A DNA stretch of 64,000 bases, taken from NCBI GenBank assembly GCA_951406725.2, contig OX597819.1, positions 29,388,001 through 29,452,000 on the forward strand, in the 5' to 3' direction. Within the stretch, counting starts at the first letter, position 1, and every line of letters begins with the position of its first letter. Below the pieces are notes generated by a model that saw only the letters and a list, made by a program, of their open reading frames with translations, was not told the DNA's origin and ran no database searches. Shown piece after piece: positions 13,717 through 26,879 of the stretch. Both the position numbers and the translations under genes were made by a program. This stretch comes from Octopus vulgaris. Lineage: Eukaryota.

Positions 13717-14304
13717 ATCATCACCATCATCACTTAATGTCCGCTTTTGATGCTAGCATGGGTTGGACGATTTGACTGAGGTCTGGCGAACCAGACTCCA
13801 ATCTGATCTGACAGAGTTTCTACAGCTGGATGCCCTTCCTAATGCCAACCACTCCGAGAGTGTTGTGGGTGCTTTTCCATGTCACTGGCCAGTTTGGTGG
13901 TACTGGCAACAGCCACGCCCAAATGGTGCTTTTTACGTGCCACCTGCACAGGAACTAGTCTAGCGGCACTGGCGACGACCTCGCTCAAATGTTTCACATG
14001 CCACCAGCACAAGTGCTACTAAGGCGACGTGGTAACGATCACACTTGAATGGTGTGCTTAATGTGCCATCGGCACGAAGGCCAGCTTGTTGCTCTGGCAA
14101 CGATCTCACTCATACGGTACTCTTAGCGCTCCACTAGCAATGGATGCTAGTCACCGAATTTGATTTCGACTTCGATTTCACTTGCCCCAACTGGTCTTCG
14201 CAAGCAGAGTTTAGTGTCCAATGAAGAAAAGGCACGCATAAGTGGACTGGTTACACCCCTAGCATAGGCCACAAGGTTATGGTCACACTTGTGCTTGCCG
14301 AGTC
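13717..14304 (-). mobile_element. 5'-truncated RTE LINE 3' UTR copy
   Basis: CAT tail, TTAATGTCCGCTTTTGATGCTAGCATGGGTTGG; reaches the ORF stop region (CTTGCCGAGTCTT). Confidence 0.85.
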
Positions 14305-14478
14305 TTATATATATATATATGCATAAACACATACATATATATGCATATATATACATATATATATATATATATGCATAAACACATACATATATATGCATAA
14401 ACACATACATATATATGCATAACACATACATATATATGCATAACACATACATATATATGCATAACACATACATATATA

Positions 14479-14510
<32 letters not shown>

Positions 14511-14520
<10 letters not shown>

Positions 14521-14762
14521 TAAATTACAGACAAAACCACTATTAGGCAAATCAAACAATTATATTTTTTAATAATTTTGTTACATATTTAAATAATATA
14601 AATTAATCATATGTATTGGCTTAAGTCTTTCATTGTTTGATTTGCCTAATAGTGGTTTTGTCTCTAATTTGATATAATATAATATTTTACTATAAAATTG
14701 GATTCAATCCTAAATCTGATTTTTCCCTGTAAGTTTGGATTTATTCCCTAATATTTATTATT
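14511..14762. repeat. AT-embedded repeat with ~50-bp inverted arms
   Basis: AAATTACAGACAAAACCACTATTAGGCAAATCAAACAAT versus ATTGTTTGATTTGCCTAATAGTGGTTTTGTCTCTAATTT; flanked by (TA)n. Confidence 0.8.
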
Positions 14763-14784
14763 ATATATATATATATATATATAT

Positions 14785-15232
14785 GTATCAACAGTAATAA
14801 GGATTCTTACGAAGTGGAAGAACATTAGCTGAAACTAAAGAACGTGACTTGCGTTTAGAAGAATTTTACCAAATTTTTAAATCTAAGGGGAATGTAATAA
14901 ATTCTAAACAGGAACAAGCTTTGAGATGCTTGCACATGAGGACATTCACATTTGCTCAATATAAGCAAATAATAAACATTTAAACAACAGAATGGTTTGA
15001 AAAAACAGACTATAAGTGATTATCCAATCAAAACTTGAAGATAGTTCATAACTAATTTAACAAACAACTCTATATGATATAGAGTAGATAACTGGAAACA
15101 TTTTAACAGTTATATCGAAGCATATTAAAGTAAAGACGCTGAAGAAACTGCACCAGTATCATAGTGGTGTTGCAACTGCAATGGTTACTAATCAGTGCAG
15201 TTGAAACGTGCATAGGTTTCTGTAAACCTATA
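14785..15232 (+). mobile_element. Penelope-like element 3' fragment (GIY-YIG C-terminus plus hammerhead motif)
   Basis: Frame RTLAETKERDLRLEEFYQIFKSKGNVINSKQE resembles the L..LE...I......LN end of PLE GIY-YIG endonucleases. It is followed by CTGAAGA-stem-GAAAC and is embedded in (TA)n. Confidence 0.6.
15133..15220 (+). ncRNA. Type I minimal hammerhead ribozyme-like motif (slightly decayed)
   Basis: CTGAAGA 15139-15145; perfect 8-bp stem II AACTGCAC (15146-15153)/GTGCAGTT (15195-15202); GAAAC 15203-15207; short stem III and imperfect stem I (AAGACG/GGTTT). Confidence 0.65.
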
Positions 15233-15257
15233 TATATATACATACATATATATATAT

Positions 15258-15541
15258 TAGGCACATTAAGCACACCATTCAAGTGTGATCATTACTGCGT
15301 CGCCTTACTAGCACTTGTGCTGGTGGCACGTAAAAAGCACTATTTGGGCGTGGCTGTTGCCAGTACCACCAAACTGGACCTCGTGCCGGTGGCACAGAAA
15401 AGCACCCACTACACTCTCGGAGTGGCATCCAGCTGTAGAAACTCTGTCAGATCAGATTGGAGTCTGGTTCACCAGACCTCAGTCAAATCATCCAACCCAT
15501 GCTAGCATGGAAAGCGGACGTTAAATGATGATGATGATGAT
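15258..15541 (+). mobile_element. 5'-truncated RTE 3' end
   Basis: Conserved 3' end CCCATGCTAGCATGGAAAGCGGACGTTAAA(TGA)n. Confidence 0.85.
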
Positions 15542-15875
15542 ATATATAAAGAATTAAAGGCAATGCTATGCCCCTTTTTAATAAACCTTATTATTATTAT
15601 TGTTATTGTTGATATCATATATTCTAGGAAACCTATATGGTTAAGGTAATATATTAAGAAAATCCAACAGAATATATCTCTAAATTCTTATCTTATGAGA
15701 ATATTATTGGATTTATATATTAACTGTTGAAAAACCTATTTGAATACCTAACTGATAGCAAACAGGTTAACATTTGAAATAATCCCTTACTATTTACAAA
15801 TATATATAAATATATTTATATTTCTAAATTTCTTTAAAGGAGACTATGGCAGCAGTACTGGATATTAATAGCTAT

Positions 15876-16188
15876 TGCCAAACTAACATGGCAGTCCAGG
15901 AAAATAGGACAAATACTGACATTGATTAGCTCCAAAGGGCCATCGCCTCTAGCTAGGTATGTAACACGCTGGTTCAACAGCCACAGACTAGTTTCAGAGT
16001 ATTTGCAAATACCTCAAAGCTAGTCTGCAGCTGTTGAACCAGCAAGGGGAAGCTGCTGACCTCCCCTGTTCAAAGGTTGTAATGGACACGGGTTTGTGTG
16101 TCACATGGCTAGCTAGAGGCGATGGCCCCTTGGAGCTAATCAATGGCAGCATTTGTCCTATTTTCCTGGACTGCCATGTTAGCTGGCA
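15876..16188. repeat. Nested fold-back element (outer ~90-bp arms, inner 76-nt hairpin)
   Basis: CTAACATGGCAGTCCAGGAAAATAGGACAAAT..CCATCGCCTCTAGCTAG pairs with CTAGCTAGAGGCGATGG..ATTTGTCCTATTTTCCTGGACTGCCATGTTAG; inner GCTGGTTCAACAGC..GCTGTTGAACCAGC at 15968-16043. Confidence 0.85.
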
Positions 16189-16193
16189 TTAAC

Positions 16194-17568
<1,375 letters not shown>

Positions 17569-18366
17569 TCTCTTATTATAAAAGGCAGATTTTATCTGCC
17601 TCCCTTTGGGAGTCATACAAATCTACAATATAGGATTTCTTCAATTACAATTTACCTAGCAATTTTAAGAGTACAATGCATCGCGTCATGCCAGCTCCAG
17701 TTTTTAAAATTTAAACTCCAATTAAGCAAAATTTGCAGAAAACTTACATTCTGGTGTGTGTGTCAAATGCTTTTCTTAGTCTGGTTTACAGCACACGCAA
17801 ACGCACACACACACTGTGTAACGAATAAAATGAAACTAGATGTAATATTTGTTACTGTCCATGAACGCTGATAGATACATGAGTAAAATGTATGGGAAGC
17901 TAACAAATAAGAGTGAGTGAAAATGTTCTTGGAAGAGAGTAAATTTGAAGCTTGAGAACAATCAGATACATTTGCAACACATCTGTTGAAAATATTATTA
18001 TTCACACACATACATATACATATATACATACAGACAGACAGACAGATAGACACACACACACACACACACACATGATCCAGCATGGCCACAACCTCAAGGC
18101 TGAAACATATAAAAGAATAACAGAATATAAATGTGTGCATGTGTGTGAGAGAGAGAGTGTGTGTGTATATGTATGTATGTATGTATGTATATATATATAT
18201 AATAATGCGGTTTTTTCAACAGCTTGAACTAAAAGTCAGAGGGGAATGGGATAAACTACTTATATTAACTTGCTATAAAAGCAGGTAGTAATTTTATCTT
18301 GTCCTTATTCATAGTGCAAGTTTTGAAGAGTGCATTTCGATTTTAACAGCTATTTTTTTCAAAGCT

Positions 18367-18770
18367 ATGTTGGAAGTAACAAAGGAGCATATTTGGCATA
18401 TTTTGCTTTATGAGTTCAATAAAGACAACAACGCAAATGCAGTATATGGGGATTGGACAATAAGCGTAAGGCAGTGTCAATGGTGGTTCCAGAAATTCCG
18501 AGCCATAAACTACAGCCTAGAAGACGAGCCTCATCCTGAAAGATCTGTAGAACTCGACAAGGACATCCTGAAAACCCTGGTGGAACAAAATCTCATCGTA
18601 ACTGTTGAGGAACTAGCAGAGAAGCTTGGATTTGGTCATTCAACCATTCATTGAGACCTGTGTGCTATCGGAAAAGTCAGCAAATTGGGTCAATGGGTTC
18701 CTCACGAACTTTCCGAGTCTAATTGCATGCAGAGAGTGAATGTATGCTTTTTTTTGCTGTCACATCTCAC
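18367..18770 (+). pseudogene. Mariner (Tc1/mariner) transposase N-terminal fragment
   Basis: MLEVTKEHIWHILLYEF..VYGDWTISVRQCQWWFQKFR..LEDEPH HTH region; after an in-frame TGA it continues DLCAIGKVSKLGQWVPHELS (WVPHEL motif 18694-18711). No catalytic domain. Confidence 0.9.
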
Positions 18771-18789
18771 CACTACTGCGCTATGTATA

Positions 18790-19413
18790 TCTATATATAT
18801 AAAACTGTAGTGTGAGTGTCTGTCCCCTTCGATTTAGATTCCTAACTACTCCCACATTTTGCGGTGCAGTTTAACCAAATTCGGGTAGCTTATAGTCGTG
18901 ATTCATATCAAGCCCGTCTGAGTATTAGCGCGCGTCTACGATGAGTCTACGATTTTAAAAATAATTTAACATCATTTTTTATTCCATTTTAATGCATAAT
19001 TTTTCGTGTGTCGATGGCGGTGGAGTTGGCGTCCACGCTCACACCTGCACCTGTGGGGAAGGGAGTGTAAGGAAATCAACGTCGTAATGCGTTGTCAAGG
19101 AGACCAGCGTTCTTTTAGAACAACGACTTCATGGCTTGAAGACACCAAAACAGAAATGGCTAAGAAAGCGTCTACGATTTAAAAAAAAATTTACCATCGT
19201 TTTTTTCCATTTTAATGCATTATTTCGCTATTATATAAGGGAAGTAACTCTCTAAAAATGTCTACGATGAGTCAACGATTTAAAAAAAAATTTACCATCA
19301 TATTTTTTCCATTTTTAATGCATTTTTTGCCCTTTTTTTGGCTATAACTCTCTAAAAATGCTTATATAGTTATTTCCCTTACAAACCCGAGCAACGCCGG
19401 GCGATACTGCTAG
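18790..19413 (+). mobile_element. Non-autonomous Helitron
   Basis: A|TCTATATATATAAAA start; 3' hairpin CCCGAGCAACGCCGGG then CTAG|T; no TSD; homologous copy at 56205-56602. Confidence 0.85.
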
Positions 19414-19435
19414 TATATATATATAGTTAACACCA

Positions 19436-19466
<31 letters not shown>

Positions 19467-19469
19467 ACA

Positions 19470-19517
<48 letters not shown>

Positions 19518-20076
19518 ACCATCCGAACGTGACCGTAGCCAGTACCGCAATGACTGGCCTCCGTGCTGAGGGCACGTAACAAACACCATCCGAGCGTGGC
19601 CGTCCGCCAGCCTCGTCTGGCACCTGTGTCGGTGACACATAAGAAAACACCATCCGAGCATGGCCGTCTGCCAGCCTCGTCTGGCACCTGTGTCGGTGGC
19701 ACATAAAAAACACCATCCGAGCGTGGCCGTCTGCCAGCCTCGTCTGGCACCTGTGTCGGTGGCACATAAAATCACCCACTACACTCTCGGAGTGGTTGGC
19801 GTTAGGAAGGGCATCCAGCTGTAGAAACACTGCCACATCTGACTGGCCTGGTGCAGCCTTCGGGCTTCCCAGACCCCAGTTGAACCGTCCAACCCATGCT
19901 AGCATGGAAAGCGGACGTTAAACGATGATGATGATGATGATGATGATTAACACCAATATATATATATATATATAGTTAACACCAATATATATATATATAT
20001 ATAGTTAACACCAATATATATATATATATATATATAGTTAACACCAATATATATATATATATATATATAGTTAACA

Positions 20077-20134
<58 letters not shown>

Positions 20135-20231
20135 ACACCAATATATATATATATATATATAGTTAACACCAATATATATATATATATATATATAACACCC
20201 CTATATATATATATATATATAGAGTTAACAC

Positions 20232-20260
<29 letters not shown>
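19414..20260. repeat. GTTAACACCAA(TA)n compound satellite, right block
   Basis: Same unit as 16194-17568, interrupted by an RTE 3' end. Confidence 0.9.
19519..19947 (+). mobile_element. 5'-truncated RTE 3' end with ~62-bp UTR repeats
   Basis: Reverse complement of 33270-33890-type sequence; (GAT)n tail; TTAAC on both sides. Confidence 0.9.
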
Positions 20261-20266
<6 letters not shown>

Positions 20267-20384
20267 AAATATATGCATATATACATATATATATGTATAT
20301 ATACATACATATATATGTATATATACATACATACATATATATGTATATATACATACATATATATGTATATATACATACATATAT

Positions 20385-20652
20385 GGATATAGGACATCAA
20401 AAAAATGTAAACAAAATGAGAAACGAGAACATAGAAAACAGAAAACAAACTTCTTTTCGAATAATGAAAGAAACAAATAGAGAAATGAGACAGGCAACAT
20501 AAAGAACATTCCCTTCAACAGTTGTCCCATGTTTTGAAGGTAGGGACAAGATGTGACTTCGTTAAAACAGTCCTTCCCGCAAATCAAATTAAATAAAATT
20601 GGGGATTTTTTGTGGAGAGTTAAAGTGGTAACAAAAACAGGACAGTAAGAAC
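20385..20652 (-). mobile_element. Dispersed repeat, probable Penelope-like terminal region (family 2)
   Basis: Homologous to the reverse complement of 47861-48150, adjoins an AT microsatellite and carries permuted hammerhead-like motifs. The PLE assignment is an inference. Confidence 0.55.
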
Positions 20653-21039
20653 AAAACAGTAGAAACAAATGGTAAGAGCAATTATATTTAACTAGGCTGC
20701 ACTACTATTCATGAAGGCACATGGCCTGGTGGTTGGGGTGTCGGAATTGTGACTGTAAGGTCATGGTTTCAATAACCAGACTGGAGGATACACTGTGCTC
20801 TGGAGCAAAACACTTTGTTTCACACTGCTTCAATCAGCCTAACAGATAATGAGTACCAGCAACAAGCAAGTGATGAACTGGTGCCCATTCAGAGGGGAGT
20901 ATTGTTTGCAACCTCAGTGGAGAGTACTAATGAAGATGTCAGCTCATGGCAAATCTAAGACCTTAGACACTGTTACTCAAAAGATGGTCCCATAACTATC
21001 AATATATTCGAAACCTTCATCAATATGTATATAAGCATA

Positions 21040-22197
21040 AAGGTGACAAGCTGGCAGAACTGTTAGCACACTAGATAAACTGCTTAGTGGCATTTCATTC
21101 ATTCTTACATCTTGAGTTCAAATTCTGCCAAGGTCAACTTTGCCTTCCATCTTTTCAGGATCAATAAAATAAGTGCTAGCTGAGGATTGGGGTCAATGTA
21201 ATCAACTTAGCCCCACCCCTGGACTTGCAACAAAATTTGAAACATACGTATTTGAGCATAAAAGCAGCGAGCTGGCAGAACCATTAGCACATTGGGCAAA
21301 ATGCTTAGTGGCATTTTATCCAGCAGTATCTTCTGACTTAATATTCCACTGAAGTTGACTTTGCCTTTCATCCTTTTGGGGTTTATAAAATAAGTACCAA
21401 TTGACCACTGGAAATCAATGTAATTGACTTACCTCCAGCTCCAACGTTGCTGCCCTTGTGCCAAAATTTGAAGTGGATAGGGCGGTGAGCTGGTAGAATC
21501 ATTAGTACCAGGCAAAATGCTTAGCAGCATTTCACCTGGCTGCACATTCTGAGTCAATATTCCACTGAAGTCAACATTGCCGTTCATCGTTTAGGGCAAG
21601 GGTGGGGAACCCTCGCCCGCAGGCACAACTGTGCCCGTGAAACCATTTTATTGTGCCCACAGGCTGGTATACTCGTATGTACAAAATATAGTCAATTTCT
21701 CAATTATAAAATTTATACGATACTCATTTGCTTCTTTGTGACATAGGTCGCATTTCCACTACGGCTTGAACAGAAAATCATCCAACAATTTTGTTTTCAT
21801 TATAAAACACATATTGCTAGGTTTGTACCACTCCCTTGAGACCCAACTACATTTTATCCGAAAAATATAGAATATCTCATAAGTAATATAAACGTCCTAA
21901 ATTCAGTGGCAGCATTAATGAAGATGTTATGTGTTAATTTAAAGTGTTAAAGTTATCTTTATTAATGTATATCAAATTATATATAAATATATACAAGATT
22001 TACACAGATATAAGAGTTAGAACTTGTGATCTGCCTGTGGACCTATTGTTTTGGAAATTTTTGCCTACTGCACTAAAAAGTTTCCCTACCTCTACTTTAG
22101 GGCTTGATAAGGTAAGTAGCAGTTGAGCACTGAGGGTTGATGTAATCAATTTAATTCCTCTCTGGAATTGCTGGCCTTGGTCCAAAATTTGAAACCA
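21040..22197 (+). mobile_element. Three tandem Nin/Deu-like-domain SINEs (about 21040-21243, 21260-21473, and 21480-22197 split by a MITE)
   Basis: Each begins (A)AGGCGGCGAGCTGGCAGAA-like, contains TTTGCCTTTCATCCTTT..GATAAAATAAGTACC and ends CAAAATTTGAA. Confidence 0.75.
21597..22094. mobile_element. hAT (Charlie-like) MITE nested in a SINE
   Basis: TIRs CAAGGGTGGGGAAC / GTTTCCCTACCTCTA; 8-bp TSD GTTTAGGG (21589-21596) / CTTTAGGG (22095-22102); the SINE resumes on the far side. Confidence 0.8.
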
Positions 22198-23264
22198 ATA
22201 TGCATAGGTGCATGAATATGTAAAAACCTAAGTAGATATGACACTGATTAAAAGCAAAGAACAAAACATAGAAGTTATTAAACCAGATTACAGTCATATT
22301 CTTTCATCATATTAACTGCTAGGAAGTCTTATCTCCATTTTAAGCAGTTAGATGTTTTCCAAAACTCAATATAAAGCTACCACCAAGGTAAAAGATAACT
22401 TTTAAGTCAGTCAGTTATGTTTATTAAGTAGATCAACTTGCTCATCTTTTATCCTAGCTGATTAATCCTATTCCATATTTTCAATACAGTTTTCCTCAAT
22501 AATATTTCTTTCATTCAATAGAGATTGTGGTGTGGGGGAGGATGGAAAGAAGACAGACTAAATACAAAATATTTAATAGAATAATTTTTGTTATTTCCCA
22601 CACACACATACATACATAGACACATACATACACACACACACACACATAATAGTTTATCTAATGTAACAAAAGATAAAGCTTAAGTCTATTAAAATCCAAA
22701 AGTGAAAGAAATATGGAAATCTACAAACAGTTTCTGTGGCATTAAGATTGAATTTATGCTTTGTTTATATTTCAATCTCTATGCACTAGGAATATTTTTC
22801 ATTTTTTTTGTGAATAATAATAAAGAAAAAGGAATGTCTTTTTGAAAAAGCATCACATAACAACCAGATATTACAGTATCTAAATATATAAATATGCAAT
22901 CGCTGGATAAATGATAATTGATAAATTTTTTACTTTGGGAGGGCCAGTTTGCTAATAAAATCACATGCACTGGTTATGTTTTGCTTCTTTTTATTTTGAT
23001 TATCAATGTTTGAGAACTAGTGATATAATTAACTGATTAACTAATTGGTTGTTCAGCCAATTGTTTGACCACTCCGTGAATTAGTTGGTTTGTCAGAGTT
23101 CTTTCATCGCCACTTGCAACCCACAGCTGCTTCAGATACTATCATAGTCACAAACTCTGTATTTTCACATGTTAAAATGGCCCTTCCTGCCCCCAAGATA
23201 CAACAAAATCTGTCTCAGCACAATTTCACATCAAGAATCTTGCAAAACAAATGAGAAGAGGAGG

Positions 23265-23611
23265 AGGAGACCCCCTCCCCCCCGCTTCGGTCATGAATGA
23301 CCATGGGATTGCACCTAGAAAGTTACCCTCCCAGGCACAAATCCGGGCAAGGTTTTTTATGGAAGACCAGCAGTCGCCCATGCATACCAGCCTCCCGTCT
23401 CCATGCCACTGATGTTATCCAAGGGAAAGGCAAAGGCCGATACAGCTTGACACCAGGAATGTCGCAACTCATTTCTACAGCTGAATTAACTGGAGCAACA
23501 TGAAATAAAGTATCTTACTTAAGAACACAACACGCTGCCCGGTCCTGGAATCGAACTCACAACCTCATGATCATAAGCTCGATGCTCTAACCACTGAGCC
23601 ATGTGCCTTCA
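23265..23611 (-). mobile_element. tRNA-head SINE (family C)
   Basis: Minus strand GTGAAGGCACATGGCTCAGTGGTTAGAGCATCG (A box) and GAGTTCGATTCC (B box); head shared with 58120-58401. Confidence 0.75.
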
Positions 23612-26499
23612 CTGCAAAACAAATACAATAAGTAAATATAATTAATATCCTTGTTATTACTGCTGCTACTATTAATCCTTTGATTATCAGATTTCTGTTG
23701 AAATACCATGCAATTTATTCCTGCTAATTTTGAAAATAACAACAAATTTAGTAAAATAATTTAGTCATTATTAAGTTGGTGTTTGGAACATAAATTAAAA
23801 TTGAATATTGATTAAAGGCTTTTAACTAAGACCACTTCAAACACGAAAATTTTATATCATAGGACCAGGGGCAATCTCAGGTGGGTTAGTATGAAAAGGG
23901 CAAATAACTATGTTGATAGTAATAATGACAAACATTATTGCCAAGACACTGATGGGGATTACATGAAAAATTGTATTTTGGACAGTAATAGTGCTAGAAA
24001 ACATATGATAATGATAGATGAACTTTCAAGAAATTGTATATTCCATGTAAAGTAATTCCTGAATCAATCAAATTTTGTAGCCGAGGCAGGCCATAGGTAC
24101 ACAACAAGAGACACAATCACCTCTGCCTATTTTTCCTGGTCATCAATCAACCTCAAGTTTTCCTCTATTCCTCCCTGCCCATTTCTTCATGTTGTTCAAT
24201 CAATTCCTTTGTTGTCTTTCTGTACATTTTTTCCCCCTTTTTTTTTTTAATGAGGGTTCATCTATGATTGTATTCACTAGTGGTAAAATGTCAGAATCCT
24301 GTTACATGACAAAACCTCCTCATTTGTTGTTTTTAAACAACTGACAGAATAGTTCCATGGTTTATAGACTTCTCAAAAATTTCTTTCTTAACACTACTGT
24401 CAATTGAATGCTCAATATAAAGAATATGAAGCATCATTCTTTAACACTGCATTTCAAAAGATGAGGGATTGTTTTCACCATCATGATATATACACTGATA
24501 AAAAAAAAAAACTTAACTGAAATTGAATGAATGTGTATGTTTGTATGTATAAATATGTGACTTTGTATATTTGTAAACATAGTATGAGTGTGAATCTAAT
24601 TGTTTATGTATGCCATATTTTCTAGCATGCAAGTTGAAAGGTAGGTCAATGTGTACACCAAAATGACTTTCGAGAAGCCGAAATTCCATCTGAAATGCTG
24701 CAGAATTTGAAAAGATGGTGATGTTTGAATGTTTACACTACTTGTTTACACTACATACTATGTGAGACTTGTAGGTCAGAAAATACAGAATACATATATG
24801 GGTGAGTGTATATGCTTGTGTAAATAAATGTGTGTGAATATGTATGTGTATATAAATATATGGGATCATGTATATATAAATGTATGTCATGAAATATTTC
24901 CAGCCTCTTTGTAATAATGATAATGGTAATAATAACTAATGACAGTGGGTAGTTTAATTAAGTAGAATGCCAAGTAAAAAGTGCTGCAATAATTAGCTAT
25001 GCCTCTTTATATTGTAATCAAAGGCAGTCAAGAGGTTTAATTAGTAAATGCTAAATAAAAAAAAAAGTTAATTATGTCACTGGTTTTTGGATTGGAATGG
25101 ATTACTTACATTTAGTTCACTGCAGGGCCAAGGCCTCAGCTGGTTTGATGAGCCCACTCTGCCAAACTGGCTTGACATGACTTAGGAGAGATGTGCAGTT
25201 TTTATACTCTTAGCTAGAAGTAGTTAAGTCAATTACATCAACCCCAGTGTTCAACTGGTACTTATTTTATTGACCCCAAAAGGGTGACAGTCAAAGTTGA
25301 CCTTGGTCGAATTTGAATTCAGAACATAAGGATGGACAAAATATTGCTAAGTATTTCACCTGATGTGCTAATGCTTCTGTCAGCTTGCTGCCTTCTGCTG
25401 GTTAACAAATATATGTTTAATCCCTTCAATAGTAAAGTTGATTAAATCAACTAGACCCTTCCACAATTTTTACCACCATCTATCAAGGTTTGATACAAGG
25501 ACTAGTGGAAGTGCTAGAGTGTAGAACAAAATAACTTATATTTGTTCTAACTTCTTTCAGGGTTGCTAAAACAAAGTACCAGTCAAGTACTGGGAATGAT
25601 TTAGTCAACTGCTCCCCTTCCCTCAAATTTCTGACCTTATGTGTAACTCAGAAACTATTATTAAGGATAAGAGAGGAGCATTCTCATTTAAGCATCATAT
25701 AAAGTGGTATTTGCACAAGTTCTTTTTGGCTTTCATCTTTTTGGGGGTTGATAAAGTACGTACCAGTTGAGCCCTGGGGGCTAATACAATGGACTAACTT
25801 CCACCCCTCAAAATTACTGGTCTTGTGTCAAAAGGTAGAATTATTAATTAGCATCATTTAATCAGAGGTAGTGGAATTAATGCAGTCACTAGAATGATGC
25901 TTCTTCATCTGAATGGTAGAGCTCTGCTCTTAAGAGCATTGTGAACTTGTAAGGGTGCAGCAAATGCCAAGGGAACTAGGAAGGGGCAATAGGTGTTAAG
26001 AGAAGTCTTATCTGTGAGGTGCTGTGAATAAATACACATTATAGAACCCCGTACACTGATTTGCCCCAAGAAATGGTGTAGCCCTGGTCACAGGAGTCAA
26101 ATTTTCTTTTTCCAGTGTCTTCAGCCAATTAAGATATCAAATAAGGTGTTTTTAACTCAGGCATGAGGACAGAAATTTTTATGGGAAGGGCATTAGTCAA
26201 TTACATCAACAACCTGGAACTTTAATGGTACTCAATATATCTCCAATTTTGGAGGGCTGAAAGACAGTTAACCTCGCTGAGGTTAACACCAAACACAATA
26301 AACTGGGAGAAATATTGCATATCATTTTGTTTGACAATGGAATCAAATGATTTTTGCACAATCAAATCTTGTACACAGGAATAAAGTAATTATTTTTCTA
26401 AAAGTTTATGAAAATAAAGTTATATTACTAAAATAGAATTTATTTTAAAAAAGCTTATTTTAAAATTTAGTCTTCACAGACATTTTATTTTAAAATATG

Positions 26500-26879
26500 G
26501 TGCTTTTTATGGTGACACATAAAAAGCACCATCCGTTCGTGGCCGTTGCCAGCCTCGCCTGGCCCCTGTGCCGGTGGCACATAAAAAGCACCATCCGTTC
26601 GTGTCCGTTGCCAGCCTCACCTGGCCCCCGTGCCGGTGGCACGTAAAAGCACCATCCGTTCATGGCCGTTTGCCAGCTCCGTCTGGCTCCTGTGCGGGTG
26701 GCACATAAAAAGCACCCACTACACTCGCGGAGTGGTTGGCGTTAGGAAGGGCATCCAGCCATAGAAACACTGCCAGATCAGACTGGGCCTGATGCAGCCT
26801 TCTGGCTTCACAGACCCCAGTTGAACCGTCCAACCCATGCTAGCATGGAAAACGGACGCTAAATGATGATGATGATGAT
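26500..26879 (+). mobile_element. 5'-truncated RTE 3' end with UTR repeats
   Basis: Three or more GCACCATCCGTTCGTGGCCGTTGCCAGCC..GTGCCGGTGGCAC units, then the conserved 3' end and (GAT)n. Confidence 0.9.

Noticed and set aside
25104-25200. Possible minus-strand exon ending at a GTAAGT donor
   Set aside because: No convincing acceptor or reading frame; a lone donor hexamer is expected by chance.
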